NCBI GenBank assembly: GCA_050633305.1
Contig: JBOEGF010000004.1
Coordinates: forward strand, 160,001-224,000
Length of the DNA: 64,000 bases
Direction of reading: 5' to 3'
DNA from: Nannocystales bacterium
GTDB lineage: Bacteria > Myxococcota_A > Polyangia > Nannocystales > Nannocystaceae
Below are positions 48,989-58,891 of the stretch, in pieces; within the stretch, counting starts at the first letter, position 1, and the number at the start of each line of letters is the position of its first letter. The notes below the pieces were generated by a model that saw only the letters and a program-made list of their open reading frames with translations, did not search any database and had not been told where the DNA came from. A program made the translations under genes and the position numbers.

Positions 48989-50170
48989 ATGGTCCCGCTC
49001 GTGTTGAGGGCCCTGTTGCTTGCCGCGTGCCTTGGGCCGCCACAGCCAACCGAGCTCGGGCAGATCGAACTCGGGCCGGCGGATGCGGGCACCGCGTTGG
49101 TCCGCGACGAGTCCGGTGCAACCGTGGCGACCGTGCACCTGCGCCCGCAAGGTTCTGCGGTCGTCCATGTGCCCCCGGGAGCCTACACGGTCGACCGTGG
49201 AGGGGAGACGCGCTCGGTCGTCGTCACACCCGGGACGGGGACACCATCGCCGTCGAACGGCCCCCCTACGCCGCCGTCGTCGGTGCCAGAGCCCGAACTG
49301 TCCCAGGCCCGTCTCCCGCCTCCCGCCTCCGGAGGCGAGCGGACCGGGCAGTCCGCCTGGAGAGCACCGCTGATGGCGGCGTTCGTTCCCGGACTCGGGC
49401 ACGCGTGGACCGGCAAGCCGGGGTGGGGCGTGGGCCTGTTCGCGGCCACCGTCGGGGCGAGTGTGGGCGCTGTCGCGTTGGGGCTCGGTCGCGATGGCAG
49501 CGACGGCGCGACGCCCTCGGACGCATCGCGGTCGCCCGGGTACGCTCGACTGGGGGGGCTGGCGGCCCTGAGCAGCATCGCGGGGGCGCTCTATGTGGGC
49601 CAGATCTTCGATGCACATCGAGTTGAGCGAGGCGAGCGACTCAGCCCTCGCGCGGGGCGGGTCCAGCTGCGCTTTGATCGTCTCTCGGCGGTCGCGATGG
49701 CGCCGGGTCGACCACGGGCGAGCCTTCTGGATGACCTCTCCCTGGCCGCGCTCGTTCGGGTATCCGAGCGAGTCCGCGTCGGTCCGGCGGATGCGAGCAT
49801 CAAGCTGGGACCAGAGCAGACGGTGCTTCAGCTGGGCGCACGCGCCACTGCTGCGCTGTGGGGTCCGAACGTCCAGCATCCGTACCGGAGGTGGTCGTTT
49901 TTGGCCGGGGGCGGGGTCTTGGGCCAGCTGACCACGCAGCGTCGGACCGAGGAGCACGCGTCTGGTCCGGTGACACGGGTGGAGCGAGCAGGTGGCGCCG
50001 AGCCCTACCTCATCGCGGAGGCCCGCCTCTTCGTGGCCCCTCGGTGGTCTGTCGGAGCGCTGGGGCGTTTCGGCGTTCCGCTGACCCCGCGCCGCTACGC
50101 TGCAGGGCGGACGCTTCCCGCCTGGGCGCCGACGCTCGAGCTTGGTGTATCGCTGGGGGTGAACCTGTGA
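48989..50170 (+). CDS. Hypothetical exported protein, possible C-terminal outer-membrane beta-barrel
   Basis: Signal peptide; VPGLGH..G hydrophobic segment; amphipathic strands ending LELGVSLGVNL. Confidence 0.6.
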   Translation: MVPLVLRALLLAACLGPPQPTELGQIELGPADAGTALVRDESGATVATVHLRPQGSAVVHVPPGAYTVDRGGETRSVVVTPGTGTPSPSNGPPTPPSSVPEPELSQARLPPPASGGERTGQSAWRAPLMAAFVPGLGHAWTGKPGWGVGLFAATVGASVGAVALGLGRDGSDGATPSDASRSPGYARLGGLAALSSIAGALYVGQIFDAHRVERGERLSPRAGRVQLRFDRLSAVAMAPGRPRASLLDDLSLAALVRVSERVRVGPADASIKLGPEQTVLQLGARATAALWGPNVQHPYRRWSFLAGGGVLGQLTTQRRTEEHASGPVTRVERAGGAEPYLIAEARLFVAPRWSVGALGRFGVPLTPRRYAAGRTLPAWAPTLELGVSLGVNL

Positions 50171-50973
50171 GCGTGCGACGGCTGTGGCCGGCGCTGTGCC
50201 TTCTGGGCTGCTCCCTCGGGGTGCGGGCCGAGGGCGCATTCGAGGTCGAGGTCGAGCTGGCGGGCGCCCAGGCGCTGTCGATCGACCTTCCCAGCACCGC
50301 GATCTCCGTCCTGGGCTGCGATGTCGAGGTGCCCGAGTCGTGTCCGAACGCGGTGCAACTCTCCGGACGTTGGCATGCGATCGGAGGCACGGCGTCCGAA
50401 GCCAAGCGCACCGCCTCCACGCCGGCGATCGAGTTCGCAGCCGATGGCGACTGGCTCCGGATGCGCGCCGAAATTCCGTTGTCGGTCCAGGGACTCGTGG
50501 ACTTGGAGCTTGGCGAGGTCGTGCTCCCTTCGAGCACCGATGTGGAGGTCGTGACCTCGTTGGGTGACGTCCAGTTGCGCGCGATGACCGGGTCCGTGCT
50601 CGTGGACGTGGCTGTTGGGGACGTGGATGTCCGTGGACCCATGCGATCGACCGGGATTCATACCGAGCGAGGCCAGGTGGTGGTGGTCGGTTCGGGTCCG
50701 GTGGATGTCGACCTCGAGCACGGGGGGGTCCGGGTCGAGCAGACCGCGGGGGCGAACGACGTCCGCATCAACGCGCCTCGCGGTGGGGTTGAACTCTTGC
50801 TCGGCAGCGATGCCGACGTGGATGTCCGGGTCGAAACGCCCGGCCAGATCCGGGTGCAGACCGACGCCTTCTCCGCGGCCACGTCCGGCTTGTACCGGGA
50901 CCGCTCGGGGGCGGGGGCGTCGCGCATCGAGATCCGCGCGGGCGCGGACGTCACGATCCGGCTCGCTGATTGA
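50167..50973 (+). CDS. Lipoprotein with DUF4097/adhesin-like beta repeats
   Basis: LCLLGC lipobox; repeated 'V.T..GDV.(V/L)' units; GTGA overlap. Confidence 0.7.
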   Translation: MSVRRLWPALCLLGCSLGVRAEGAFEVEVELAGAQALSIDLPSTAISVLGCDVEVPESCPNAVQLSGRWHAIGGTASEAKRTASTPAIEFAADGDWLRMRAEIPLSVQGLVDLELGEVVLPSSTDVEVVTSLGDVQLRAMTGSVLVDVAVGDVDVRGPMRSTGIHTERGQVVVVGSGPVDVDLEHGGVRVEQTAGANDVRINAPRGGVELLLGSDADVDVRVETPGQIRVQTDAFSAATSGLYRDRSGAGASRIEIRAGADVTIRLAD

Positions 50974-51010
50974 TGCCCGCGGCAGCGCCGCTCGCCTCGC
51001 CCGCCTGGGC

Positions 51011-51046
51011 AAAAAAAATGCCCCCTGACGCAAGCGCGCAGGGGGC
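51011..51046 (-). terminator. Rho-independent terminator of the tRNA
   Basis: GCCCCCTG / CAGGGGGC 8-bp stem, followed by T8 on the minus strand. Confidence 0.85.
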
Positions 51047-51052
51047 GGTGAG

Positions 51053-51136
51053 TACCAGAGCCCGGACTCGAACCGGGACGTTGTCACCAACGGCGGATTT
51101 TGAGTCCGCTGCGTCTACCGATTTCGCCACTCTGGC
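51053..51136 (-). tRNA. tRNA-Leu(CAA)
   Basis: GCCAGAG acceptor; TGGCGAAATCGGTAGACGC D-arm; GCGGA-CTCAAAA-TCCGC anticodon arm; long variable arm; GGTTCGAGTCC. CCA is not encoded. Confidence 0.97.
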
Positions 51137-51230
51137 AGAGCGGTCGCTCGATTTAGCAAGCGCGGGCCGAGGTTGCAAGGGGGTAGCGCGACCCCGTGCG
51201 TGGGAGCCCGCTGTGCCGCATACTCGAAAC

Positions 51231-51827
51231 ATGCCGGACTCCGGGGGCCTCAGTGCGCACTTGCTCTGCGCGGTGCCACAGCTGCTCGACCCCAATTTTG
51301 AGCGTGCTGTCGTCCTGATGCTCGAGCACAACGAGGAGGGCGCCCTCGGCCTGGTCCTCACCGACGAACTCCCGAACCGGCTGGAGCTGGTCCTGGACGA
51401 TCTCGAGGTCCTGTGGGCAGGCGACACAGACGCCCTGCTGCGCAAGGGAGGCCCCGTGGAGCCCTCTCGAGGGTGGATCATGCACGACACGCCGAGCTGG
51501 GATCCCACCTGCCAGGAGGTCCTGCGGGGGGTGTGGCTGACCACCTCGCTCGATGACGTCGATCGCGGCCTGGCGGTGGGGGAAGACGGCAAATTCGTGT
51601 TCCTGTTGGGCTACGCGGGCTGGGGTCCGCGGCAGCTGGAGGAGGAGATCGCTGCGGGTAGTTGGGTCGCGGTGCCGATCGGTCAGGCATCCGAGGGGGG
51701 CCAGATGCCCCCGCAATGGCTGTTCGACGTCGCAGCGGAGGATCTCTGGGCGAAAGCGCTTGGCGTCATGGGCATCGATCCGGCGCGCCTGGTCGGCCTG
51801 CCAAACCGTGACGCGGCGCTTCACTAG
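51231..51827 (+). CDS. YqgE/AlgH family protein
   Basis: LLDPNFERAVVL..EH...GALGLV, GGPV, GYAGW...QLEEEI..GSW. Confidence 0.93.
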   Translation: MPDSGGLSAHLLCAVPQLLDPNFERAVVLMLEHNEEGALGLVLTDELPNRLELVLDDLEVLWAGDTDALLRKGGPVEPSRGWIMHDTPSWDPTCQEVLRGVWLTTSLDDVDRGLAVGEDGKFVFLLGYAGWGPRQLEEEIAAGSWVAVPIGQASEGGQMPPQWLFDVAAEDLWAKALGVMGIDPARLVGLPNRDAALH

Positions 51828-51878
51828 GGGCGTCTGACTCTTCGCTGGCACCGGAATGTTCGTTTCGGTAGGCTTATC

Positions 51879-53423
51879 GTGCCCATGACTCGCCTTGCTG
51901 CGGTTTTTCTTGGTCTTTGCGTCCTCGCGCCCTCGCTCGCCTCTGCGTCAGAGCGTCCCAGGATCCGCGAGGACGTCCCATGGGCGCTGCACCCCGGGGA
52001 TGATCTCGACAAGACACCGATGGAGCGGGCGTACGGAATCGACGAAGACGACCTCCCGCCCGTCGACTCATTCTGGGATGGCACGCTGCTGTACACGCGG
52101 GACAGCGCCGCGCGGGATACGCTCGCGCAGCAGGGCCTCCCGCCGCTACACGCGGTGGCCTACGACCCATCGCCGGGCGTCCTGTACGTCGCGATGCAGG
52201 GCATCACGCTCATCCCGACGTGCACCGGAGGTGACACGGCCAATGCAGCAAAACGCTGCAGCCCGCTCGTGGACGTGGAGACCTCGTTTCCCGCGGCCGG
52301 GAGCAGCCAGCAACAGGCCGCGCTCTTCAACCAACTCGCGGACTTCTACGAGCCCTTCGACCTGGTGCTGACCACCTCCGAGCCGCCAGACTGGATGCCG
52401 TACACGATGGCCGTCATCGGAGGCACCGCGGGGAACGCGGGGCAGCCGGGCGGGGTGTGCGGGGTGGCGAACGTGGCGTGCGATGGACTCAAGCGCAACC
52501 ACGTCTCGCTGACGTTCCCAGGCAGCTGCGGCGGGTCGGCCGAGACAGCCGCCCAGGAGACCGCCCACAACTGGGGCCTCGAGCACACCGACAACAACAA
52601 CGATCTGCTCTACCCGTTCAACAGCGGCGGCAACAAGTCGTTCGTCGATCAGTGCATGACGATCAGCCACGCCACTGGCGACGGGGTGACGCAATGCGAC
52701 TACATCCACGAGGAGTACTGCCCGTCGGGGGGCGGCGAGCAGCAGAACACCTACCAGGAACTGCTGGGGATCTTCGGACCACGCACGCCCGACAATCAGG
52801 CGCCGGAGATCGTCTCGATCTTCCCTGAGGATGGAGCCACGTTCACGACCGAGGACACGTTCACCCCCACGGCGCGGATCCAGGAGAACTCGAACTTCGT
52901 GGGCGTGAAGTGGTCGCTGGAGAGCGAGGAGACCGCGCTCTCTCGCTGCACGAACAACGTCTGTGATCAGCCGTTCAACCCGGGGGTCGGATTCGATCCG
53001 AACGAGATCGATTGGCAGTTCACCACCCTCACCACGCCTCCCGCAGGGGAGTACGTGTTGCGATTCGAGGTTCTCGACTCGTATGGGGGCTACGCCACCG
53101 AGACCATCACGGTCCACGTCGTGGAGGCCGAAGGCGGGTCGGGGGATCCGACGACCGAGGGGGGAAGTGAGACCGACGGCGACAGCGCGCCCGGGTCCGG
53201 CACCGGCGAGGCCGGCAGCGGAAGCGGGGGCTCGGTTGACGAGCCTACCGAGTCCAGCCCGGACGACGACGATGACGGCCCCGCGATGGAGACCGACGGT
53301 GTTGGCCTCGACGACGATGACCAAGACGGGTGCGCGTGCAACGTGCGTCAAAGCGAGGGACACGGCTTCTTGGCGCTGATGCTTCTCGGTTTGACGCTGC
53401 GGCGTCGCCGAACCGCTGGTTGA
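51879..53423 (+). CDS. Secreted metzincin-like protein with Ig-like domain and MYXO-CTERM sorting signal
   Basis: QETAHNWGLEH; acidic Ser/Gly/Thr linker; GCAC...FLALMLLGLTLRRRR. Confidence 0.85.
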   Translation: MPMTRLAAVFLGLCVLAPSLASASERPRIREDVPWALHPGDDLDKTPMERAYGIDEDDLPPVDSFWDGTLLYTRDSAARDTLAQQGLPPLHAVAYDPSPGVLYVAMQGITLIPTCTGGDTANAAKRCSPLVDVETSFPAAGSSQQQAALFNQLADFYEPFDLVLTTSEPPDWMPYTMAVIGGTAGNAGQPGGVCGVANVACDGLKRNHVSLTFPGSCGGSAETAAQETAHNWGLEHTDNNNDLLYPFNSGGNKSFVDQCMTISHATGDGVTQCDYIHEEYCPSGGGEQQNTYQELLGIFGPRTPDNQAPEIVSIFPEDGATFTTEDTFTPTARIQENSNFVGVKWSLESEETALSRCTNNVCDQPFNPGVGFDPNEIDWQFTTLTTPPAGEYVLRFEVLDSYGGYATETITVHVVEAEGGSGDPTTEGGSETDGDSAPGSGTGEAGSGSGGSVDEPTESSPDDDDDGPAMETDGVGLDDDDQDGCACNVRQSEGHGFLALMLLGLTLRRRRTAG

Positions 53424-53517
53424 GCGCATCGACGGCCGGTCCGGGCCCCGCTCGTCCCGCGGTAGGCCACATCGCCGAGTCCAGCCTGTGGGCCCGAGGT
53501 TTGCAACGTCTGCGAGT

Positions 53518-54282
53518 ATGCCTCTTGGTCCTCTCGTCACTCCGTGGCCCGTTGCGGAGGCGATCGCGCTGCGTTTGGCCCGTCATCAAGTCGGCTCGGT
53601 TCGAATCGACGCCGCGGCGAGCCGGAGTCGCATGATGCGTGTGCTCCCAGAGGCGGCGTTCTCCGGCGGCATCCGCATCGAGCTTGCCAACCCCGATGCC
53701 AAGGCCGACGCTGCGATCTCGATCGAGGACGTCTTGGACCCGGCCGGGTTGTGTCGACAACGACTCCTGCAGCGGGCGAAGAACGCCCGCGATCTCGTGG
53801 TCATGTGCGAGCCCCTGGAGCCGGGGCGGGGCGTCGGTGAAGCCATGCTCCGCTCGATCGACCCTGGAACCTCGATCCTGCGGTGTGACGAGGTTCCCGA
53901 TGGCATCGGCGGGACCCGGATGCGCACCGAGGTGGAGGCCCCGGCGGTCTGGTTCGTGGCCAGCGCGGCTGCGTGGCGGTTTGGCGAGGCTGCAGAGCCG
54001 ACGCGTGACGCGTTTCTTCGACGCCTGCCGAGGCTCCGGGCCGAGCAGATCATCATGGGGATCCGCAGGATCCTGGGGCGCTGGCCGTTCGCCTTTGAGT
54101 TGTTCGCGCTGTCCGCCGCCGAGTTGGCGCGCCGGGGCGATGGTGCGGGCGTGCAGCGGGTGCACGGAGAGTTGACGCTGCATCCCGATGCCCCGGTCTG
54201 GGTGCACGGCCGGGTGCGCGAGGCTCTGGTGAGCACGCATTCTTCCTCGGCGCTCCAACCTGCGGTCGCGACCGGTTCGTAA
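53518..54282 (+). CDS. Hypothetical protein
   Basis: Best coding-like ORF in the interval; no motif recognised; start uncertain. Confidence 0.5.
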   Translation: MPLGPLVTPWPVAEAIALRLARHQVGSVRIDAAASRSRMMRVLPEAAFSGGIRIELANPDAKADAAISIEDVLDPAGLCRQRLLQRAKNARDLVVMCEPLEPGRGVGEAMLRSIDPGTSILRCDEVPDGIGGTRMRTEVEAPAVWFVASAAAWRFGEAAEPTRDAFLRRLPRLRAEQIIMGIRRILGRWPFAFELFALSAAELARRGDGAGVQRVHGELTLHPDAPVWVHGRVREALVSTHSSSALQPAVATGS

Positions 54283-54422
54283 GGCTGCCCGGCTGCGACG
54301 GCCCAACCGGGGCGGGAACCCTGGTGGCTGCCGCTGTCCTGGCGCGCCTCGATGGGATCGCGTCGAAACCGACGAAGGCGCCGACGGTGGACCGTGGCGC
54401 CTTCACGTCGAGCGGGGTTGAT

Positions 54423-54950
54423 TCAGGCGACCTGGCGGACTTCCTGCGTCTTCGCCTGGGCATCCAACCGGGGGGACGCCTGGGTTTGGCGAAGCGTCAG
54501 CGGTGCCCCGACGAACTCACACCCGAGCCAGGTGCCCCCCGGACCGACGCATCGGACCTCGACCGCCAAGTCCACACGCTCGAGTCCTGGCCGGGTCTGC
54601 ACCACCAAGAGCAAGGAGGTCCCGACCACCACGCCGATCTCTTGGGTCAGACTCAGGCGAATGCCTCCGCCACCCAGGTCGACGACGGTGCACGGGGAGG
54701 AGCGAGCGCCAAAGCGAACGATGGCAGGCACCTGCGCGGCGAATCGGCGGAACTGCCGACGTTCGTCACTCTCCTGGTAGGCGTCCGGAGCATCAGAGCC
54801 GAGGAAGCGGCTGAGGTGATAGAACTCCGGATTGCTGTTTTTTGCCCCGGCATGGAGCAGCGTCTGGAAACGGACGACGGCGGTCAGGAAGCTGCGCTCC
54901 GAAGGGGTCACACGCTGCTCATCGGTACCGAGACGAGCCGGCTTGAGCAC
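54423..54950 (-). CDS. PilZ domain protein
   Basis: ERRQFRR (RxxxR), VVDLGGGGI, C-terminal LGCEF. Confidence 0.8.
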   Translation of the reverse strand: MLKPARLGTDEQRVTPSERSFLTAVVRFQTLLHAGAKNSNPEFYHLSRFLGSDAPDAYQESDERRQFRRFAAQVPAIVRFGARSSPCTVVDLGGGGIRLSLTQEIGVVVGTSLLLVVQTRPGLERVDLAVEVRCVGPGGTWLGCEFVGAPLTLRQTQASPRLDAQAKTQEVRQVA

Positions 54951-54965
54951 TGCGCCGTCCCGGGA

Positions 54966-55400
54966 CTACCGGCGTGTGGTTCGGCCCAAAGCGACCCCGT
55001 GAACGACGAGCGCCGCCCAGCCGGCCATCAAACACAGCCCGCCGAGGGGGGTCACGGCGCCCAGGATTCGCGGGCCCCCGAGGACGATCGCATCGAGGGT
55101 GCCGGCGAAGACGACGATGCCCACCACGAACGCAATCGAGGCGACCCGCAACGCCTTGGAGAACCCGTCGCGGCCGAGCGCAGCGACGCCGAGCAGCACG
55201 GCTGCGTGGAGCTGCTGGTAGTGCGCCGCGGTCTTCCAGATCGCCAGGTCGGTCGCAGGGACCGCATCGCGCAAGGCGTGCGCACCGAAGGCTCCGGCCG
55301 CAACACCGAGCAAGCCCAGGACGGAGGCCGCCGCGACGACTCGTCCAGGCGTGACGGAACTCGTGGCGGAAACGGTGCCGGAGGTTGGGCTGGAGGTCAC
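54966..55400 (-). CDS. DUF423 (YgdD/TMEM256) membrane protein
   Basis: GAFGAH, WKTAAHYQ..H, G.V.F.GTL, GAVTPLGG. Confidence 0.92.
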   Translation of the reverse strand: MTSSPTSGTVSATSSVTPGRVVAAASVLGLLGVAAGAFGAHALRDAVPATDLAIWKTAAHYQQLHAAVLLGVAALGRDGFSKALRVASIAFVVGIVVFAGTLDAIVLGGPRILGAVTPLGGLCLMAGWAALVVHGVALGRTTRR

Positions 55401-56266
55401 GGGGCGCCTCCCTTGGCCAACGCTTGCCGACGCATCTCGAGCTGGTCCTCGAGCCAGCCGCGAAACACCTCCTCACGACCGTCGCGATAGGTGACGAGGT
55501 ACGGCGTCATGCTGACGAATGCATCGCTGGCGATCTCTTCGATGAACGCGTCGAGGTCGCTGATGTCCTTGCCCAACAGCTCCCACTTCTTGCGCAGCAT
55601 CTCGGAGAATTCGGGACCGGTGTACTCCTTGCGCTTGCCTTTGACCTTGCCCTTGGGCGTCTTGCGGGGCGGTGCGACGAAGACGAGGTCGCTTCGCTCC
55701 ACGATGGTCAGCGCATCGAGAATCCCGACCTCCCGGGTGCGGGAACCGGCGGTGTCTCGGGCGCTGTCATTGCCTTCGCCCGGCCCGGCGGAGTCGGCCA
55801 CCGCGGAATCGACAGGGGCCCGCCGCGCGACGTATTCCACCCCCTCGAGCTCGGTCAGCCGCTTGAGCATCCAGTCGGAAACGGGAAGCATGGTGCCGTC
55901 GGAAAGTCGGACGAGGTCGGGGGTCTTGGACCGGGCCCGACCCGCACCGATTCTGTCGATGAACTGCGTGGCCGTCACGATGCCGCCCGGCGTACGGGCC
56001 AAGCGGTGGTCGAGCTCGTCCGCGGCAGCGTTGGCGTCGCAGGTCTCGCCGTCTTGAACGAACTGGAGTCCGCTGTCCCGCACGGCCTGGATCAGCGCCC
56101 GGATCTTGCCCACCTCGGAGAGTGGGCCGTCGGCATTTTGAGCCGTTCGGGCGCTGCGGGCGGGTTCCTCGGCGCTCGAGATCCCGGTCGCGGAGGACTC
56201 GCATCCGCCGAGTAAGAGGCACGCGGCCAGCGCAGGTGCGCGCCAAGCGTTCGATCGAGCCGGCAT
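55397..56266 (-). CDS. Lipoprotein with two DUF5329 (YfeK)-like domains
   Basis: LLLGGC lipobox; two repeats 'I.AL...V..S.L.FV...A....FI..I......P.LV...DG.......W(L/M)...L'. Confidence 0.7.
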   Translation of the reverse strand: MPARSNAWRAPALAACLLLGGCESSATGISSAEEPARSARTAQNADGPLSEVGKIRALIQAVRDSGLQFVQDGETCDANAAADELDHRLARTPGGIVTATQFIDRIGAGRARSKTPDLVRLSDGTMLPVSDWMLKRLTELEGVEYVARRAPVDSAVADSAGPGEGNDSARDTAGSRTREVGILDALTIVERSDLVFVAPPRKTPKGKVKGKRKEYTGPEFSEMLRKKWELLGKDISDLDAFIEEIASDAFVSMTPYLVTYRDGREEVFRGWLEDQLEMRRQALAKGGAP

Positions 56267-56333
56267 CCGGCGGCCAAGGTAGCACCCGGCGGAGCAGTGG
56301 ACACCCCAAGCTTGTTGTACGTTGTTCGCCGCC

Positions 56334-57710
56334 GTGAGTTCCGAGCTCCCCGACCTGTTCGATGCGGCGGCCATGCAGGACCCTGAGGCCACGCCGCTGG
56401 CCGAACGCATGCGTCCGCGAACGCTCGAGGAGTACGTCGGGCAGGAGCATGTCGTGGGGCAGGGCAAGCTGCTCCGACGGGCCATCGAGGGCGACAGGAT
56501 TCCGTCGATGATCCTGTGGGGTCCCCCTGGAACCGGCAAAACCACTTTGGCGCAGATCGTCGCGCAGAGCACGGGGGCCGCGTTCGAGGTGCTCTCCGCG
56601 GTCAGCTCTGGGGTCAAGGACATCCGAGCCGTGATCGAACGGGCCAAGAGCCGGAGGCGTGGGGCCGGGCAGCGCACCGTCTTGTTCGTCGACGAGATTC
56701 ACCGTTTCAACAAGAGCCAGCAGGATGCGCTTCTGCCCCACGTCGAGGCCGGGGTGTGTCGGCTGATCGGGGCGACGACCGAGAACCCGAGCTTCGAGGT
56801 GAACGCCGCGCTGCTCAGTCGCGCTCGCGTGTTCGCGCTGCGACTGCTCGACCCCGCCTCGATTGCCTCGGTCTTGCAGCGCGCGCTGACGGACAAAAAA
56901 CGGGGGCTTGGCCTGCGGGGGCTGACCGCCGAGCCGCGCCTGCTCGAAGCGCTGGGACGTGCGGCGCAAGGGGATGCGAGACGCGCTCTGACGACGCTCG
57001 AGATGGCCGCGGATCTGGTGCCCGCGGACACCTCTGAGCTTCTGCCCGAGCACGTCGGCGAGGCCCTGGGAGGACGCGCGCTGCGTTACGACAAGGGCGG
57101 CGAGGAGCACTACAACGTCGTGTCGGCGTTCATCAAGAGCATGCGAGCCAGCGATGCGGACGCGTCGGTGTATTGGCTGGCGCGAATGCTCGAGTCCGGC
57201 GAGGACCTCATGTTCGTCGCCCGCCGCATCGTCATCTTTGCCTCCGAGGATGTCGGCAACGCGGATCCACAGGGGCTGGTGGTCGCCAGCGCCGCCGCTG
57301 AAGCGGCCCGGTTTGTGGGGCTCCCCGAGGCGGTCCTTCCCTTGTCCCAGGCGGCCCAGTACCTGGCGTTGGCACCCAAGAGCAACACGGCGCTGAAGGG
57401 ATACTTCGCCGCCCGCAAAGACGTGCGCAGGCACGGAGCGCTTCCCGTCCCGATGGCGGTCCGCAACGCCGTCACGCCGCTGATGAAGGAGACCGGGTAC
57501 GGAGCCGGCTACCGCTACCCGCATGACACGCAGGGCGGGGTCGACCCGGACCATCAGTCGTATCTGCCCGATGCGATCGCACACGGGCCCGAAGGCGTGC
57601 CGCAGTACGTTCATCCCGCGCGCGGCTGGGAGCGGTCCGCCCAGGTCGCCCTTCAGGCTGCTCGGGACGCCGCTGGCCGGGAGCGCAAGCCCGAGCCCGA
57701 TGGCGACTGA
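56334..57710 (+). CDS. rarA: Replication-associated recombination protein A
   Basis: PLAERMRP, WGPPGTGKTT, DEIHRFNK.QQD, ATTENPSF, SAFIKSMR.SD, ASEDVG.ADP, PKSN. Confidence 0.96.
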   Translation: MSSELPDLFDAAAMQDPEATPLAERMRPRTLEEYVGQEHVVGQGKLLRRAIEGDRIPSMILWGPPGTGKTTLAQIVAQSTGAAFEVLSAVSSGVKDIRAVIERAKSRRRGAGQRTVLFVDEIHRFNKSQQDALLPHVEAGVCRLIGATTENPSFEVNAALLSRARVFALRLLDPASIASVLQRALTDKKRGLGLRGLTAEPRLLEALGRAAQGDARRALTTLEMAADLVPADTSELLPEHVGEALGGRALRYDKGGEEHYNVVSAFIKSMRASDADASVYWLARMLESGEDLMFVARRIVIFASEDVGNADPQGLVVASAAAEAARFVGLPEAVLPLSQAAQYLALAPKSNTALKGYFAARKDVRRHGALPVPMAVRNAVTPLMKETGYGAGYRYPHDTQGGVDPDHQSYLPDAIAHGPEGVPQYVHPARGWERSAQVALQAARDAAGRERKPEPDGD

Positions 57711-57745
57711 GCTGGTCTCGGCTCGTGGCGGTGCTATGCCCCGCC

Positions 57746-58084
57746 ATGGCTTGGGCGACTCATTTCATTGAAGAACTGACGACGGGACGGACGGTTAAAT
57801 TCCGCCCTCGGGGGCACAGCATGCGCCCGAAGGTCAACGACGGAGACCTCGTCACCGTCGAGCCTCTCGCGGCGGACGTCGAGCTGGTCGTTGGAGACAT
57901 CGTGTTGTGCACGGTGCGCGGCTCGCAGTACCTCCACCTGATCAAGGCTCTCTCTCCGGGACGGGCGCAGATCGGCAACAACCGCGGCGGCATCAACGGC
58001 TGGGTTGGGCACGCCGCGATCCACGGACGCTGCACCGAGGTCCAACGCTCGGCGACCGCACGGGGCGGCACCCAGGACGCATAG
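57746..58084 (+). CDS. Small S24/S26 peptidase-like protein
   Basis: GHSMRP...DGDLV.V, GDIVL, YLHLI, GNN. Confidence 0.7.
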   Translation: MAWATHFIEELTTGRTVKFRPRGHSMRPKVNDGDLVTVEPLAADVELVVGDIVLCTVRGSQYLHLIKALSPGRAQIGNNRGGINGWVGHAAIHGRCTEVQRSATARGGTQDA

Positions 58085-58109
58085 GCCAGCACCTGGTACG
58101 TTCCGCGCC

Positions 58110-58865
58110 GTGGTGCGCCTGAGCGTCAACGTCAACAAGATCGCGACCCTGCGAAACTCGCGGTCGGCCCAATCGGGGGATCGATCGACGGGCTACCCGA
58201 GTGTGGTGGAAGCCACCCGGGTCTGTGTCGAGGCCGGTGCGACGGGCATCACGGTGCATCCTCGGCCCGACGCGCGCCACATCACACTCACCGACGTCCG
58301 CGAGATTGCGGCCTTCCTCGCGCCGATGCGGGATCGCGTCGAGTACAACATCGAAGGTGACCCCCGGCCGGAGCTCATGGATCTGGTGTCGGAGGTCCGT
58401 CCGCACCAGGTCACGCTGGTCCCCGTGCGGCCCGGCGAGATCACGTCGCAGGCCGGCTGGGCCGTCGCTACGCCCGTGGAGCCGATGCGCGCACTGATCG
58501 AGCGCATGCACGCTTCTGGCGTGCGGGTGAGTGTGTTTGTCGACCCCCACCCAGCACCGATCGACTGGGCAGCCGACCTTGGCGCAGACCGGATCGAGTT
58601 GTTTACCGAGCCCTTCGCGCAGGCGTTCGCGCGCGGCGAGGCGGAAGGACGTGCGTCCTTCGAGACGTATGCCGCCGCCGCCGAGCATGCCCACGCACGA
58701 GGACTCGGCATCAATGCTGGGCACGACCTCGACGTGCACAACCTCCGGCTGTTCGGTGCGTTGCCCCACCTCGACGAAGTCTCGATCGGGCACGCGATCG
58801 TCGGAGACGCAGTGTTCGAAGGGCTCGCCCCGGTGGTCCGGCGCTACCTCGACGTGCTTCCGTGA
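58110..58865 (+). CDS. pdxJ: Pyridoxine 5'-phosphate synthase
   Basis: LSVNVNKIATLRNSR, GITVHPRPDARHI, NIEG, QVTLVP, NAGHDL, EVSIGHA. Confidence 0.96.
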   Translation: MVRLSVNVNKIATLRNSRSAQSGDRSTGYPSVVEATRVCVEAGATGITVHPRPDARHITLTDVREIAAFLAPMRDRVEYNIEGDPRPELMDLVSEVRPHQVTLVPVRPGEITSQAGWAVATPVEPMRALIERMHASGVRVSVFVDPHPAPIDWAADLGADRIELFTEPFAQAFARGEAEGRASFETYAAAAEHAHARGLGINAGHDLDVHNLRLFGALPHLDEVSIGHAIVGDAVFEGLAPVVRRYLDVLP

Positions 58866-58891
58866 CGCAGCGCCGCCAGGGGCTTCGCTTC

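Noticed and set aside
51053..51136. tRNA as an integration site
   Set aside because: No integrase and no duplicated tRNA 3' end seen; an intact terminator follows directly
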